Shown: positions 53,630-63,663 of the stretch, one piece after another
How the letters are laid out: every line of letters starts with the position of its first letter
How positions within the stretch are numbered: position 1 is the stretch's first letter
Translations under genes and position numbers: made by a program
Source: an uncultured Pseudomonadota bacterium
GTDB lineage: Bacteria; Pseudomonadota; Alphaproteobacteria; RF32; CAG-239
NCBI GenBank assembly: GCA_949292375.1
Contig: CASEZG010000001.1
Coordinates: 60,679 to 124,678, forward strand
Direction of reading: 5' to 3'
Length of the DNA stretch: 64,000 nucleotides
Notes under the pieces: generated by a model
Told to the model about the DNA's origin: nothing
The model's database searches: none
What the model saw: the letters and a program-made list of their open reading frames with translations, nothing else

Positions 53630-54364
53630 ATGAAAAAGATAAAAGAACATTTAAAGCAACTCCTGAAGCAGGGAGTTGCTTTCTGGAAAAAAAACGGAAA
53701 ATATATGTTTTTTGGGCTCGCTGCTTTGTTTTGCCTGATTGCAATACTTGTAGCACAGCCTTTGTTTTGGGAATCTATTCTTTTTGGTGGAATAGTTTCT
53801 GTTTTGATGTTTTTCAGGTTGAAATATGCGAACCTTGTCATTGAGAGTGTTTGGATAAGACTGGCGTGGGCAGCCATAAACTTTGGTATTTTTGTTTTAA
53901 TCATGCATATAATACCAAACCATATTCTTGGTCTTGCCGTGGCTTTATTGATAAACTTGATTATTTACTCTTGCTCTTCTTATTTGTCTTTTTTGCTTGG
54001 GCTTACGAAAGTAGATACAGGTTTTAGTCTTGTTTCAGACAGCGAAACAAGGTTTAACGGTTTTATTTTGTCTTTGCTTATCAATGTTCTTCTTCTGTTT
54101 TTTTATGTTAGAAACATTGATGAAATGAAGACTGATGAAGAGTTCAAAAAAACAGCCTTTGTTTCCGTCATTAGTTGGGATAAAGAGACTATCAACGGGA
54201 ACACATATTATATCGTAAAAATTCCGGGAAAAATTATCGGGATTAACCCCAAAAGACATCCTGAAATTAGATATATAAATAAAAATACGAAAATAAAAGT
54301 CTTAACAGATGGTCATAAAATAAATGGTCTTCCTGAAATAAAAAGGCTTGAGATAAAAAACTAA
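53630..54364 (+). CDS. Membrane protein with the same architecture as the upstream gene, likely a paralog
   Basis: Same TM-plus-C-terminal-domain layout. The gene follows its neighbour after a 9-nt gap. Confidence 0.5.
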   Translation: MKKIKEHLKQLLKQGVAFWKKNGKYMFFGLAALFCLIAILVAQPLFWESILFGGIVSVLMFFRLKYANLVIESVWIRLAWAAINFGIFVLIMHIIPNHILGLAVALLINLIIYSCSSYLSFLLGLTKVDTGFSLVSDSETRFNGFILSLLINVLLLFFYVRNIDEMKTDEEFKKTAFVSVISWDKETINGNTYYIVKIPGKIIGINPKRHPEIRYINKNTKIKVLTDGHKINGLPEIKRLEIKN

Positions 54365-54368
54365 AAAA

Positions 54369-54410
54369 ACAAGCGCCGGATTTTTTATAATTCGGCGCTT
54401 AGCTTTTTAA
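54369..54410. terminator. Bidirectional hairpin between convergent genes
   Basis: aagcgccgga tttttataa ttcggcgctt. Confidence 0.5.
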
Positions 54411-55291
54411 AAACTTAAAACAGAATCTGAGCCTGTGTCTAAAATTGCTTCTTTTCCCAAAGGCAAAGTCATTTGCGGCAAGGTATGTCCCGTATCAAAA
54501 CCTGCAATAACGGGAATATGACGCAAGGACTCAAAAGTTTGTATCTTTTGCTTTACGCACTCCATGTCAACAAAGCTGTTTTGCATAAATCTACCGATGA
54601 TTAAGCCTCTGATATTTTTTGCAAAATCATAATTAAACAAAGCCCACAAATTGCGCATAAACATATTAAAAGTTTCTACACCGCATAAGTCATCTTCTTC
54701 CGCAATAATTATCATATCATCAAAAACAGGATAATATTTTGTTCCGGCAAGCATTATTTGGCTGCATAGATTGCCTCCGACCAGACGGCCTTTGGCTTTT
54801 CCCTCATTGATGATTGTTATCCCTGAATTAGCAAAGGTTTGCGTTTTGGAAATATGCGTGTCCATATAGGCTTTTGCCGGATGATAATTTGCTCCTTTTT
54901 GCTCTAGTGCTATAGAGATAAAATTTTTTATTCCATAATCTTCTACATCACCGTTTAAGGCTTTGAGATTCGGCCCTAAATATTGAATTTTGCCTGTTTG
55001 AGCCAATAACGCATTCAGTAAAACCGTGATGTCCGAATAACCACAAAGAGGTTTGGTTATTTTAGAAAAATCAAGCTTTGGCAAAAGTTCGACAGAGTTA
55101 AATCCTCCTCGTGAGGCAATAATAACTTCAGCCTCGCTCTTTTGTGCCAGCATAAAGTCTTGCGTTTTGTCTTTTGCCGTAAAAAACTCTACATTTATTC
55201 CATAATCTTTCAAGCGTTTGACGGCGGTTTCTACCTCTTGCTCCGATTTTAAGGGCAGAGAAGGGGATATTACTCCGATTTTGTGCGACAT
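54407..55291 (-). CDS. LD-carboxypeptidase, peptidase S66 / MccF-like
   Basis: N-terminus IGVISPS. Overall S66 length and layout, with a Ser nucleophile region. Confidence 0.75.
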   Translation of the reverse strand: MSHKIGVISPSLPLKSEQEVETAVKRLKDYGINVEFFTAKDKTQDFMLAQKSEAEVIIASRGGFNSVELLPKLDFSKITKPLCGYSDITVLLNALLAQTGKIQYLGPNLKALNGDVEDYGIKNFISIALEQKGANYHPAKAYMDTHISKTQTFANSGITIINEGKAKGRLVGGNLCSQIMLAGTKYYPVFDDMIIIAEEDDLCGVETFNMFMRNLWALFNYDFAKNIRGLIIGRFMQNSFVDMECVKQKIQTFESLRHIPVIAGFDTGHTLPQMTLPLGKEAILDTGSDSVLSF

Positions 55292-55293
55292 TA

Positions 55294-57129
55294 TTAGAAT
55301 CCTGCGGCTGTTTGCATTTTATTTGACATGTAAATGTTTTTAACTTGTCTGCTAACAACATTTTCGTCATTGCGGATGATATTGGCAAGTCTTTTGTAAA
55401 AAATACTTCCCGGCGCCAAAATACGGTCAAAATCACCATTATCTGCAAAACGCAATAAGTTACCTTTTACTCTTTCCTTCTGGGTGGATTTTTCTTCTTC
55501 AGGCATCGGTTGTCCTGTCATAAAAGAATAAAAACGATGTACGGCGGCAGCTTCCAAAGCGGCTCTTGATGAAATGGAGGCAACATCACTGAGCAAGTTA
55601 TCATCTATTTTGACACTGCCATTTACCAAGTCGCGATAACCCAAAACATCTCCGTTTTCCTTAACTCCCCAGATTTGAGCTTGCGCTGTGCGGTAATCAA
55701 AACTTTCTATAACCTTGCGGCGGGCATTAATGTCTTCTTGATTAAACTCATTATGCTTGCTTGCCTCATCAAAAACTTTTCCTAATGCCTCTTTGATACG
55801 GCGAGCATAAACAATTTGTGAGCTTCCGCCCTCAATCTTTGCGCCTGTTTCCAATAAAACAACGGCTAACATAAAGGAAACTTTGGGCATTGCTTCGCCT
55901 TTTCTTAAAGCCTCGGCAATTTGTTTTCTATCCATATTTTCCGTATATTCATCACCAAGCATTTTGGCAAAATCCGGCATCTTGTTAGAACCCATAGGAA
56001 CCATATGATCCAGCAGATGATTATACTCATTGTCCGATTTGGTTGTATGAATTTTTTTCATTTCTGTTTCAAATACGCTTCTGGTTTGCGGATTGTCAAA
56101 AATCTGTGATGTCAAAGATTGTGGATTATCCAAAATATCGGCCATAAAGGCAAAAATCGGTTTTTCGGCTTCTATGCTTACCTGAATAACAGAGCTGTCT
56201 TTTAATAAATCATTGGCCTGCATGGCATGAATTGAGGCTAACTGCAAAGCTCCAAGTTCTTTTTCATCCGTGCCTTTTTCTTGGTTATAGGCTCTTTGTT
56301 TTTCCAACAATTTCATAACTTTTTTCAGCATTCTGACATCATTTTGAAACTGTTGTTCAACTTGTGTTGAAAACTCGGTTAAAACATCTTTATGCAACAA
56401 AGAAAGTTCTTTAACCGTATTCATGGACAAGTCCTTAAATTCCATTCCTTGCGGCATAAATTCTTTGTTGATTAAGTGATGCCAACGGGCTTTCAACGAT
56501 TTTGCAGCTAAAGCTTTTTTCTCAAACATATCCTTCTTCATCTCTTTTTCATGTGCTTTTAGGGCTGCAATTTTTTCCGGCGTATCATATCCGGGAAGTG
56601 TCATAGCAATAACTTTCGGATAAATTTTGCTATATAAATAAAGCGGCGGTCCATAAACAAAGGGGTCGCAAATCTCGGGTCCGGTTTGATTATCGGTATT
56701 TACGCGGCCAGACATCAGAGATAAATTGAATTTTTCGCCAAAATGATGTGCTCTGGCGGCTTGGTTAACAAACTTATAGCAAGAGTGAAACATATTATAA
56801 TCGTTTTCTTCAACCGTTGCCTCTGCTCCACGTTTGTCTCTTTGGCGCATGGGGCCTAAGTGGTCCGAAAAATCAAAACGAAAATCTTTTTTTAACTGTT
56901 CATAAAGCTCTTTGGATAATAGTTTTCTATTTTCTTCTTCAACTACTGCCGCATAAGTATCATTAACCCGTTTTAAAATTGTGTACATAAAATTTTCTGC
57001 ATAAGGAAAAAGTTTCGGGTTATATGGATTTTTGCTTCCGTCGCTATAAGTTTCTCCTAAAGAAGCTTCTGTATCAAGGTATGAAAATTCGGGTTTTTTG
57101 GCGAGTACTGCCTGACTGTATTTACTCAT
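55294..57129 (-). CDS. Large 611-aa soluble protein of unknown function, translationally adjacent to the S66 peptidase
   Basis: Long ORF with host-like codon usage. Its stop is 2 nt from the start of the S66 gene. No recognisable motif. Confidence 0.5.
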   Translation of the reverse strand: MSKYSQAVLAKKPEFSYLDTEASLGETYSDGSKNPYNPKLFPYAENFMYTILKRVNDTYAAVVEEENRKLLSKELYEQLKKDFRFDFSDHLGPMRQRDKRGAEATVEENDYNMFHSCYKFVNQAARAHHFGEKFNLSLMSGRVNTDNQTGPEICDPFVYGPPLYLYSKIYPKVIAMTLPGYDTPEKIAALKAHEKEMKKDMFEKKALAAKSLKARWHHLINKEFMPQGMEFKDLSMNTVKELSLLHKDVLTEFSTQVEQQFQNDVRMLKKVMKLLEKQRAYNQEKGTDEKELGALQLASIHAMQANDLLKDSSVIQVSIEAEKPIFAFMADILDNPQSLTSQIFDNPQTRSVFETEMKKIHTTKSDNEYNHLLDHMVPMGSNKMPDFAKMLGDEYTENMDRKQIAEALRKGEAMPKVSFMLAVVLLETGAKIEGGSSQIVYARRIKEALGKVFDEASKHNEFNQEDINARRKVIESFDYRTAQAQIWGVKENGDVLGYRDLVNGSVKIDDNLLSDVASISSRAALEAAAVHRFYSFMTGQPMPEEEKSTQKERVKGNLLRFADNGDFDRILAPGSIFYKRLANIIRNDENVVSRQVKNIYMSNKMQTAAGF

Positions 57130-57569
57130 TTTGGTTTTCTCTTTCTCTTTTGGTTGTTTCTATCTTTTGTAATTTCCGCTTTATCCTCTGATTATCAAAT
57201 TACCCAAATAACCAGAGGTTTATAAGCTCTAAAACCGAAAGAGTTGTTGTGTTATTTTTCTTTATTTTCATTTTCTGCTATATCTTTACATTAAAAAAAT
57301 TAACCATCAAAAAAACAAAGCTTGTTGATTTTTCATCCTCCAAGCACCCAAGCCTTGCCAAAAAGTAAAAGTGCTTAGAGGTTCATAATCAACAACAACA
57401 AAATGCTGATTAGCAGAATTTTTGCAGAAATAAGGGCGAAAGCTTCCGATAAGAGCTCGGAAGTTTTGAAAATAGAATATGTTTTGCCAAAAAATGACAT
57501 CTTTCGCCTTTGTTTTGTTAAACCGCGTTAATTATATGGACAGAAAATATTTTATGTCAACTTATTTTA

Positions 57570-57605
57570 TAAAAAAAATCCCTCTTTTGTGAGGGATTTT
57601 TTTCT
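57570..57605. terminator. Rho-independent terminator immediately downstream of rho (bidirectional form)
   Basis: aaaaaaaa tccctc ttttgt gagggat ttttttc. Confidence 0.8.
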
Positions 57606-58859
57606 TTAAGAATTCATGGTATTGAAAAAGTCTTGGTTATCTTTGGATTGTCTAAGCTTATCCAACAAAAATTCCATACCATCTGTCATACCCATTTGCA
57701 TCAAAACACGACGCAATACCCACATTTTGGAAAGCGTGGCTTTGTCTACCAAAAGTTCTTCTTTACGGGTACCTGAACGTGTAATATCAATAGTCGGGAA
57801 GAGACGTTTATCGGTTAATTTTCTATCCAAAATGATTTCGGAGTTACCTGTTCCCTTGAACTCCTCAAAAATAACCTCATCCATACGAGAACCCGTATCA
57901 ATCAAAGCTGTGGCAATGATTGTTAAAGAACCGCCTTCCTCTACATTACGCGCAGCACCAAGCAGACGTTTAGGTCTTTGCAGAGCATTAGCATCAACAC
58001 CACCGGTTAAAACTTTACCGGATGAAGGGATAACTGTATTATAGGCGCGACCTAAACGTGTGATGGAGTCAAGCAAGATGACAACATCTTTTTTGGTTTC
58101 AACCAAACGTTTGGCTTTTTCTATAACCATTTCGGCAACCTGAACATGGCGCGCTGCCGGTTCATCAAAAGTTGAAGAAATAACTTCACCTTTAACGGAA
58201 CGGCTCATATCCGTTACTTCTTCCGGACGTTCATCAATCAACAAAACCATTAAATATACTTCAGGGTGATTGGTGGCAATGGCATGTGCAATGTTTTGCA
58301 ACATTACGGTTTTACCTGTTCTCGGCGGAGCAACAATAAGACCTCGTTGACCTTTGCCTTGCGGCGCAATCAGGTCAATAATGCGCGTCGTATAGTCTTT
58401 TTCTCCACAGATGATATCAAAATCCAGTTTTTTGGTTGGATAAAGCGGGGTTAAGTTGTCAAAATTTACACGAAGTTTTGATTTTTCAGGATCTTCAAAG
58501 TTAATGGTATTGATTTTGGTTAGAGCAAAATAACGTTCATTATCTTTTGGACCACGGATTTCGCCTTCAACAGTATCGCCGGTGCGTAAACCGAATTTTT
58601 TAACCTGAGCAGGGGATACATAGATATCATCCGGACTGGCTAAATAATTTGATTCGGCAGAGCGCAGAAAACCAAAGCCATCTTGCAAAACCTCAATTGT
58701 TCCCTCGCCATAAATGGTTTGGTCATCTGATGCCACTTTTTTCATAATGGCAAAAATTAAATCTTGAACACGCATGGATGATGCGTCTTCTATTCCTAAT
58801 TCCTCCGCTTGAGTTAATAACTCCTTAGGAGATTTTTGCTTTAAATCTTTTAAATGCAT
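57606..58859 (-). CDS. rho: Transcription termination factor Rho
   Basis: 417 aa. Walker [11 protein letters not shown]-binding OB domain. Confidence 0.95.
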   Translation of the reverse strand: MHLKDLKQKSPKELLTQAEELGIEDASSMRVQDLIFAIMKKVASDDQTIYGEGTIEVLQDGFGFLRSAESNYLASPDDIYVSPAQVKKFGLRTGDTVEGEIRGPKDNERYFALTKINTINFEDPEKSKLRVNFDNLTPLYPTKKLDFDIICGEKDYTTRIIDLIAPQGKGQRGLIVAPPRTGKTVMLQNIAHAIATNHPEVYLMVLLIDERPEEVTDMSRSVKGEVISSTFDEPAARHVQVAEMVIEKAKRLVETKKDVVILLDSITRLGRAYNTVIPSSGKVLTGGVDANALQRPKRLLGAARNVEEGGSLTIIATALIDTGSRMDEVIFEEFKGTGNSEIILDRKLTDKRLFPTIDITRSGTRKEELLVDKATLSKMWVLRRVLMQMGMTDGMEFLLDKLRQSKDNQDFFNTMNS

Positions 58860-59053
58860 TGTAACCTTGAAATATATTTGATGTGAAAATTAAATAAGAA
58901 AGGGGAAAGTATCCCTCTGCATAGTATTATTAGAATTAATGCATGTCTGTTTTATATTATTTAAATGGGTGAAAGTCAATTAAATGTTGTTTGATTTTTA
59001 TGCACAGTCAAAATGCCCCATATAAATATTTTAAAAGTTTAGTAGTTATTTGT

Positions 59054-59098
59054 ATATCCCTGCTGCTTATGTGGATAAGTTTTTATACACAGGGATAT
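59054..59098. promoter_or_regulatory. Perfect DnaA box TGTGGATAA (59070-59078) in the spacer of a 9-bp inverted repeat atatccctg/cagggatat
   Basis: Read directly from the sequence. Two further one-mismatch DnaA-box-like sites sit at 59214-59222 (TGTTGATAA) and about 59336-59344 (TGTGTATAA). Confidence 0.5.
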
Positions 59099-59148
59099 CC
59101 AAAAGTTAAAAGAGTGTTAATAAGATTGTTAACGAAATTTAAGAATTA

Positions 59149-59164
59149 TTAACGAATCGTTAAC
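59149..59164. promoter_or_regulatory. CtrA full-site consensus TTAA-N7-TTAAC (TTAACGAATCGTTAAC) overlapping a GANTC (GAATC) CcrM methylation site
   Basis: Exact match to the published CtrA consensus spacing. A second GANTC (GATTC) is at 59176-59180. Confidence 0.45.
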
Positions 59165-59384
59165 TTTGTTTTTTTGATTCTGTAAACTTTAAATTGAGTG
59201 TTTTGTTGATAAGTTTTTTTATCAACCCTTGTGTGAAAAAATGTACCCCTGTGCGTAAAGTTGTATATTGGATTTTACATTGTGGTGATTAGTTTGTATA
59301 AATAAGCAAGAGAGCTTAGTTATGCACAGATTTTGGCTTGTTTGTGTATAAGTGAGTCATGGTTTTGATTTTAAGGAATTTTTT

Positions 59385-59966
59385 ATGAAATTAGCAGCTA
59401 TCACAGGTTCTATCGGTTGCGGAAAAACGACTTTGGCTTCTATGGTCAGACGTTTGGGATATTGTGTTTATGACGTGGATGGCTGGGTTCGCCGTCTCTA
59501 TTTTAAAAAAGATTTTATTAAAGTTATTGAAGAGCATTTTCCACAAGTGGTAGAAAACGGAAAAGTTAATAAAAGAGCTTTGCGTAATATTGTGTTTAAT
59601 GATAATGCTCGTCTTAAGGAGTTGGAAGGGCTTATTCATCCTTTTTTGCGAAAGTATCTTAAAAGAGTTATTCATAAACATGCACAGAGCGACGATTTGT
59701 TTTTCTTAGATGTTGCTTTACTGTTTGAAATGAGATGGGATATTTATTGCGACTGTATTATTGTTGCCGATGTGGATTACGAAACACAGAAAAAACGCGT
59801 AATGGAAAGAGATAAAATTTCTGCAGAAGATTTTGAAAAGATTAATAATGTGCAACTTAGCAACAAAGCTAAGGTGTTGTTGGCTGATGTGGTTGTGGAT
59901 ACGGGAAGACCGCAAAATTTGGTTTTTGCCGATATGGTTAGTATTGTTGACGGATTGGAATGCTAA
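59385..59966 (+). CDS. coaE: Dephospho-CoA kinase
   Basis: P-loop GSIGCGKTT. AAGGA RBS. About 193 aa. Confidence 0.85.
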   Translation: MKLAAITGSIGCGKTTLASMVRRLGYCVYDVDGWVRRLYFKKDFIKVIEEHFPQVVENGKVNKRALRNIVFNDNARLKELEGLIHPFLRKYLKRVIHKHAQSDDLFFLDVALLFEMRWDIYCDCIIVADVDYETQKKRVMERDKISAEDFEKINNVQLSNKAKVLLADVVVDTGRPQNLVFADMVSIVDGLEC

Positions 59967-60658
59967 AGATGGTCAGAGAGATTGTTTTTGATACGGAAAC
60001 GACAGGTTTTAATGCAGAAGAAGGTGAAAGATTGGTTGAAATAGGTGCCGTTGAACTTATTAACCATATTCCTACCGGTAAAACTTATCATCAATATATT
60101 AACCCTGAAAAAGAAGTACCTGAAGAAGCCTATAAAGTTCATGGTTTGTCTTATGAATTTTTGAAAGATTTTCCGACTTTTGATAAGGTGGCGGATGAGT
60201 GGTTGGAGTTTATCGGAGAAGACAGTATTCTGGTTGCCCATAATGCACAATTTGATATTAACTTTGTGAATTATGAACTCAAACAGCTTGGAAAGCCTAC
60301 TCTTTCTTGGGATAGAGTGGTTGATACTTTGGAAATCGCTCGCAATATGTTTCCGGGGGCCAGAAATAATTTGGACGCTTTGTGTAAGCGTTTTGGGGTT
60401 GATAACAGCAGCCGTACAAACCACGGAGCTTTGCTTGATGCCGAGTTATTAGCAAAAGTTTATTTGGAACTTTTGGGTGGTGAAGAACCGACAATGGGCT
60501 TGGAAAGCAAACAAGAAGCAAAAAAAACAACAAGCTTTGAAAGCCATGATAATAAAACTTACAGAGAACCTCGTTCTTTTCCGCCGACAGAAGAAGAATT
60601 GGAAGCACACAAAACTTTTTTGGAAAAAAAGCTTAAAGACGCTGTTTGGTTGTCTTAA
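59960..60658 (+). CDS. dnaQ: DNA polymerase III epsilon subunit (3'-5' exonuclease)
   Basis: Exo I motif FDTETTG. Exo II HNAQFDINF. Exo III HGALLDAELLAKVY. Confidence 0.9.
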   Translation: MLKMVREIVFDTETTGFNAEEGERLVEIGAVELINHIPTGKTYHQYINPEKEVPEEAYKVHGLSYEFLKDFPTFDKVADEWLEFIGEDSILVAHNAQFDINFVNYELKQLGKPTLSWDRVVDTLEIARNMFPGARNNLDALCKRFGVDNSSRTNHGALLDAELLAKVYLELLGGEEPTMGLESKQEAKKTTSFESHDNKTYREPRSFPPTEEELEAHKTFLEKKLKDAVWLS

Positions 60659-60747
60659 TTCTTATTTGTTTCTAAAATAAAAAGCTAAGGAAATTAACAA
60701 AATTTCCAGTATGATAAAACATATGGTGCTTAAGTTTAAATCCATAA

Positions 60748-61524
60748 TTAAACCTTATGCGGGAGCTTGGCATAAATAAAATCGCTTAGGCAGTTGGGTA
60801 AAATAGACATTAACCATGTTGCTAAGCGCATTGGCCAAGGGAACGCTATTAAACCAATGTTGTTTTCTACTCTTTCCGCGATAATTTTTGCAGCTTTTTC
60901 CGCTGGCATAAAGAAAGGCATCGGGCAAGTATTTTTGTCCGTTATGCGCGATTTTACAAAACCCGGACAGACGACATTGACCTGAATGTTGTATGGTTTT
61001 AGGTCTGAACGCAAAGCCTCACCATAGGCTTTGACACAGGCTTTGCTGGCACTATATGATGGACAAGAAGGCAAACCGTGATAACCGGCAATGGAAGACA
61101 TTATGACCAGAGTTTTGTTTTTGTCTTTGCGGTTTTTATATATTTCCATAGCAGGTATGATTGTATTTAGTACGCCGAATACATTAGTGTTGAAAGTATT
61201 GTAGATGTTTTCGGGTATCTCTTGTAAGGTAGCAACTCCGGCATTAGCATAAACAATGTTTAAAGGAGCAATATTTTCGCATTCTTGAATCCAAGATATG
61301 GTTGCTTCTTTATTCGTTACATCCAAAATTTTGGCATAAACTTTGATGTTGTATCTTTCGCAGGCTTTTTGTACTGCTTCTAAGCGTTTTGGGTCTCTAC
61401 CTGAAATAAATAGGTTTGCTGCCGTTTCGGTTATGGCATAATGTCTGGCAAGAGCTTCACCTATGCCGGAGGAGGCACCGGTAATCAAAATGTTTTGTTT
61501 CTTTTTGGTCGTCATATTGTCCAC
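60748..61524 (-). CDS. Short-chain dehydrogenase/reductase (SDR)
   Basis: N-terminal TGASSGIGEALA Rossmann motif. YxxxK catalytic pair (YSASK). Confidence 0.85.
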   Translation of the reverse strand: MDNMTTKKKQNILITGASSGIGEALARHYAITETAANLFISGRDPKRLEAVQKACERYNIKVYAKILDVTNKEATISWIQECENIAPLNIVYANAGVATLQEIPENIYNTFNTNVFGVLNTIIPAMEIYKNRKDKNKTLVIMSSIAGYHGLPSCPSYSASKACVKAYGEALRSDLKPYNIQVNVVCPGFVKSRITDKNTCPMPFFMPAEKAAKIIAERVENNIGLIAFPWPMRLATWLMSILPNCLSDFIYAKLPHKV

Positions 61525-61593
61525 CGAATGGTAAATTATTATTAAGTATTTATATATATACTAAAGTTAAATTTAGGTAAAAAGGAGAGAGTT

Positions 61594-62499
61594 GTGTCTG
61601 TTTCAAGTATGACCGGTTTTGCCAGAGAGGGCGGAGTTACCGTTTTTAATGATAAAAAGCAATGTTCTTGGTTTTTTGAACTCAAAAGTGTGAACGGAAA
61701 ATCTTTAGATGTTAAGACAAAGCTGCCGTCTTTTTTGGAAAGCTTGTCTATGTTTATTAAAAATGAAGCGGTTAATTATTTTGCTCGAGGCAGTATAAGT
61801 GCTTATTTAGAGGTAGATTTTAATAAAAGCGGTGAGATTGCTTTTAATGAAGAACTGCTTAAACAGCTTGTTAGCAAAGCTATAGCCATCTATGATGAAA
61901 ACAATGAAAAATTATCCAGACCTTCTATCAGCGAGATGTTTGCCGTTAAGGGGGTTGTGGAGGTTGCAGATAATGTTTTAAGCGAAGATGAGACAGCTCA
62001 GCTGATTAATGATTTGCAAAAAGGTTTTAAAAATGCTTGCGATGCTTTGTTGTTGGCTCGTCAGGCCGAAGGCGAAAAAATATGCTTGGCTTTGAAGGAA
62101 ATTTTGAATAAAATTTCGATAGATGTCGCTAAAATAGAACAAAAAGCAGATGTCTTGCCAGAAAAACTTAAGGAAAAATTATCTGCTCAGATTAAGGAAT
62201 TATTGAGCTCTGATATACAAGTTTCTGAAGACAGATTGGCTCAAGAAGTTTGTTTGTATGTGGCCAGAGCAGATATCAGAGAAGAAATCGACAGGCTAAA
62301 AGCTCATATTCAAACAGCTCTGAATTTGTTGGATTCCGGAGAGCCTGTTGGAAGAAGATTAGATTTTTTGTGTCAGGAATTAAACAGAGAGGCAAATACA
62401 ACTTGTTCAAAGTCTTGCGATATTGAAATAACTAATTTGGGAATGGAACTGAAAACATTGATTGAGCAGTTTCGCGAACAGGTGCAAAATATGGAGTAA
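61594..62499 (+). CDS. yicC: YicC family stress-induced protein
   Basis: N-terminus SMTGFAREGG. About 300 aa. Lies upstream of gmk, as in many bacteria. Confidence 0.8.
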   Translation: MSVSSMTGFAREGGVTVFNDKKQCSWFFELKSVNGKSLDVKTKLPSFLESLSMFIKNEAVNYFARGSISAYLEVDFNKSGEIAFNEELLKQLVSKAIAIYDENNEKLSRPSISEMFAVKGVVEVADNVLSEDETAQLINDLQKGFKNACDALLLARQAEGEKICLALKEILNKISIDVAKIEQKADVLPEKLKEKLSAQIKELLSSDIQVSEDRLAQEVCLYVARADIREEIDRLKAHIQTALNLLDSGEPVGRRLDFLCQELNREANTTCSKSCDIEITNLGMELKTLIEQFREQVQNME

Positions 62500-62505
62500 A
62501 AAATA

Positions 62506-63168
62506 ATGGATGAGATAATTAACAGATTAAAAAAAGTTCGCCGCGGAGCTATGTTTATTATCGAGGCTCCTTCAGGAACAGGTAAAAGTGCTGTTGTTAA
62601 GGAGATATTGAAACGCGATAGCAATATTAAGTTTTCTGTTTCGGTCACAACCCGAAAGCCGCGCGAAAATGAGGTTGACGGTGTGGATTATTACTTTGTT
62701 ACAAACGAACAATATGATGAATTTTTGGCTCAAGATGCTTTTTATGAGCATGTGGAATCGCAGTATGGCGATCGTTACGGGACATTGCGTTCAGAAGTGG
62801 ATAGTTTTATCAATATAGGACAAGATGTTATTTTTGATATGGATTGGGTCGGGGCAAGACAAATGCGTAAGAAGGCCGGTTCAGATGTTGTTTCCATTTA
62901 TTTGTTGCCGCCATCTATTAAAGAATTGCGTCGTCGTTTGGAAAGCAGAGGAACGGATTCTCCGGAAGTTATTAATAAACGTATGAGTATAATTTTAGAT
63001 AAAATAAGTCATTGGGATGAGTTTGATTATGTGATTGTTAATGTTAATCTGGAAGAGACGATTACTAAAGTACAAAAGATTATTTCCGGTGAGAGAATGA
63101 AACGTGTTCGTCAGGTAGGTTTGACCGATTTTGTTCAAGAACTGATGAAGGAAGTTGAGAATGGTTGA
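62506..63168 (+). CDS. gmk: Guanylate kinase
   Basis: P-loop APSGTGKS. GMP-binding motifs. About 220 aa. Confidence 0.92.
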   Translation: MDEIINRLKKVRRGAMFIIEAPSGTGKSAVVKEILKRDSNIKFSVSVTTRKPRENEVDGVDYYFVTNEQYDEFLAQDAFYEHVESQYGDRYGTLRSEVDSFINIGQDVIFDMDWVGARQMRKKAGSDVVSIYLLPPSIKELRRRLESRGTDSPEVINKRMSIILDKISHWDEFDYVIVNVNLEETITKVQKIISGERMKRVRQVGLTDFVQELMKEVENG

Positions 63169-63661
63169 TGTCTTTTTTGACCGCCGCGGAAAAGAAAAAT
63201 TTGCCGATGATGTTATTCCTGTTGAGCAGAAAGGTTTTTTTGCCGTTTTGCTTAAGGATAACAAAGTGTTGGTGACTTATCCGCCACAAGTGAATGTTCC
63301 GGAATTTCCGGGGGGAGCCGTTGAAAGAAAAGAGGATTTCAGAAGTTGTTTGTTTCGAAAGCTTTTTGAGGAAACCGGTATAGAATTTATGTTGGATAAC
63401 GGTATCCGTCAGGTTGAACAAGATGTTAATTATTTTGCAGAGGATGCCAGGCCCTTTGGAGAGTTTTGCAGATATAATATGACTTTTATTGTTTATGATG
63501 CATCTTCTTTTGGTTTTGATACAACGAAAGAAAAATGGAGAACTCCGGAAAATGGGGTAGCCGCGTGGGTTGATATTAAGGATATATTTAAGGGAAAGAT
63601 TAAGATAAATTATGCGCATTGGTTGGCTTTTCAACAACTTTTTGCCGAGCAATGCAAATAA
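63155..63661 (+). CDS. NUDIX-family hydrolase with a divergent Nudix box
   Basis: GGAVERKEDFRSCLFRKLFEETGI approximates GX5EX7REUXEEXGU. Overlaps the gmk stop. Confidence 0.55.
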   Translation: MRMVDVFFDRRGKEKFADDVIPVEQKGFFAVLLKDNKVLVTYPPQVNVPEFPGGAVERKEDFRSCLFRKLFEETGIEFMLDNGIRQVEQDVNYFAEDARPFGEFCRYNMTFIVYDASSFGFDTTKEKWRTPENGVAAWVDIKDIFKGKIKINYAHWLAFQQLFAEQCK

Positions 63662-63663
63662 AT

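Noticed and set aside
58860-59384. Possible tRNA or other structured RNA in the large intergenic regions (also 57130-57605, 15439-15649, 51934-52122)
   Set aside because: None of the intergenic regions showed a tRNA cloverleaf hallmark such as a GTTCGA/GTTCAA T-loop with matching acceptor stems. The only convincing RNA gene is ffs upstream of dnaX.
60659-60747. AT-rich hairpin ggaaatt aacaa aatttcc after dnaQ as a terminator
   Set aside because: The stem is entirely AT-rich and short, and there is no clear T-run. The support is too weak.
63080-63652. 190-aa minus-strand ORF
   Set aside because: Antisense to the NUDIX-like gene and the gmk end. Lys/Ile/Asn-rich shadow ORF.
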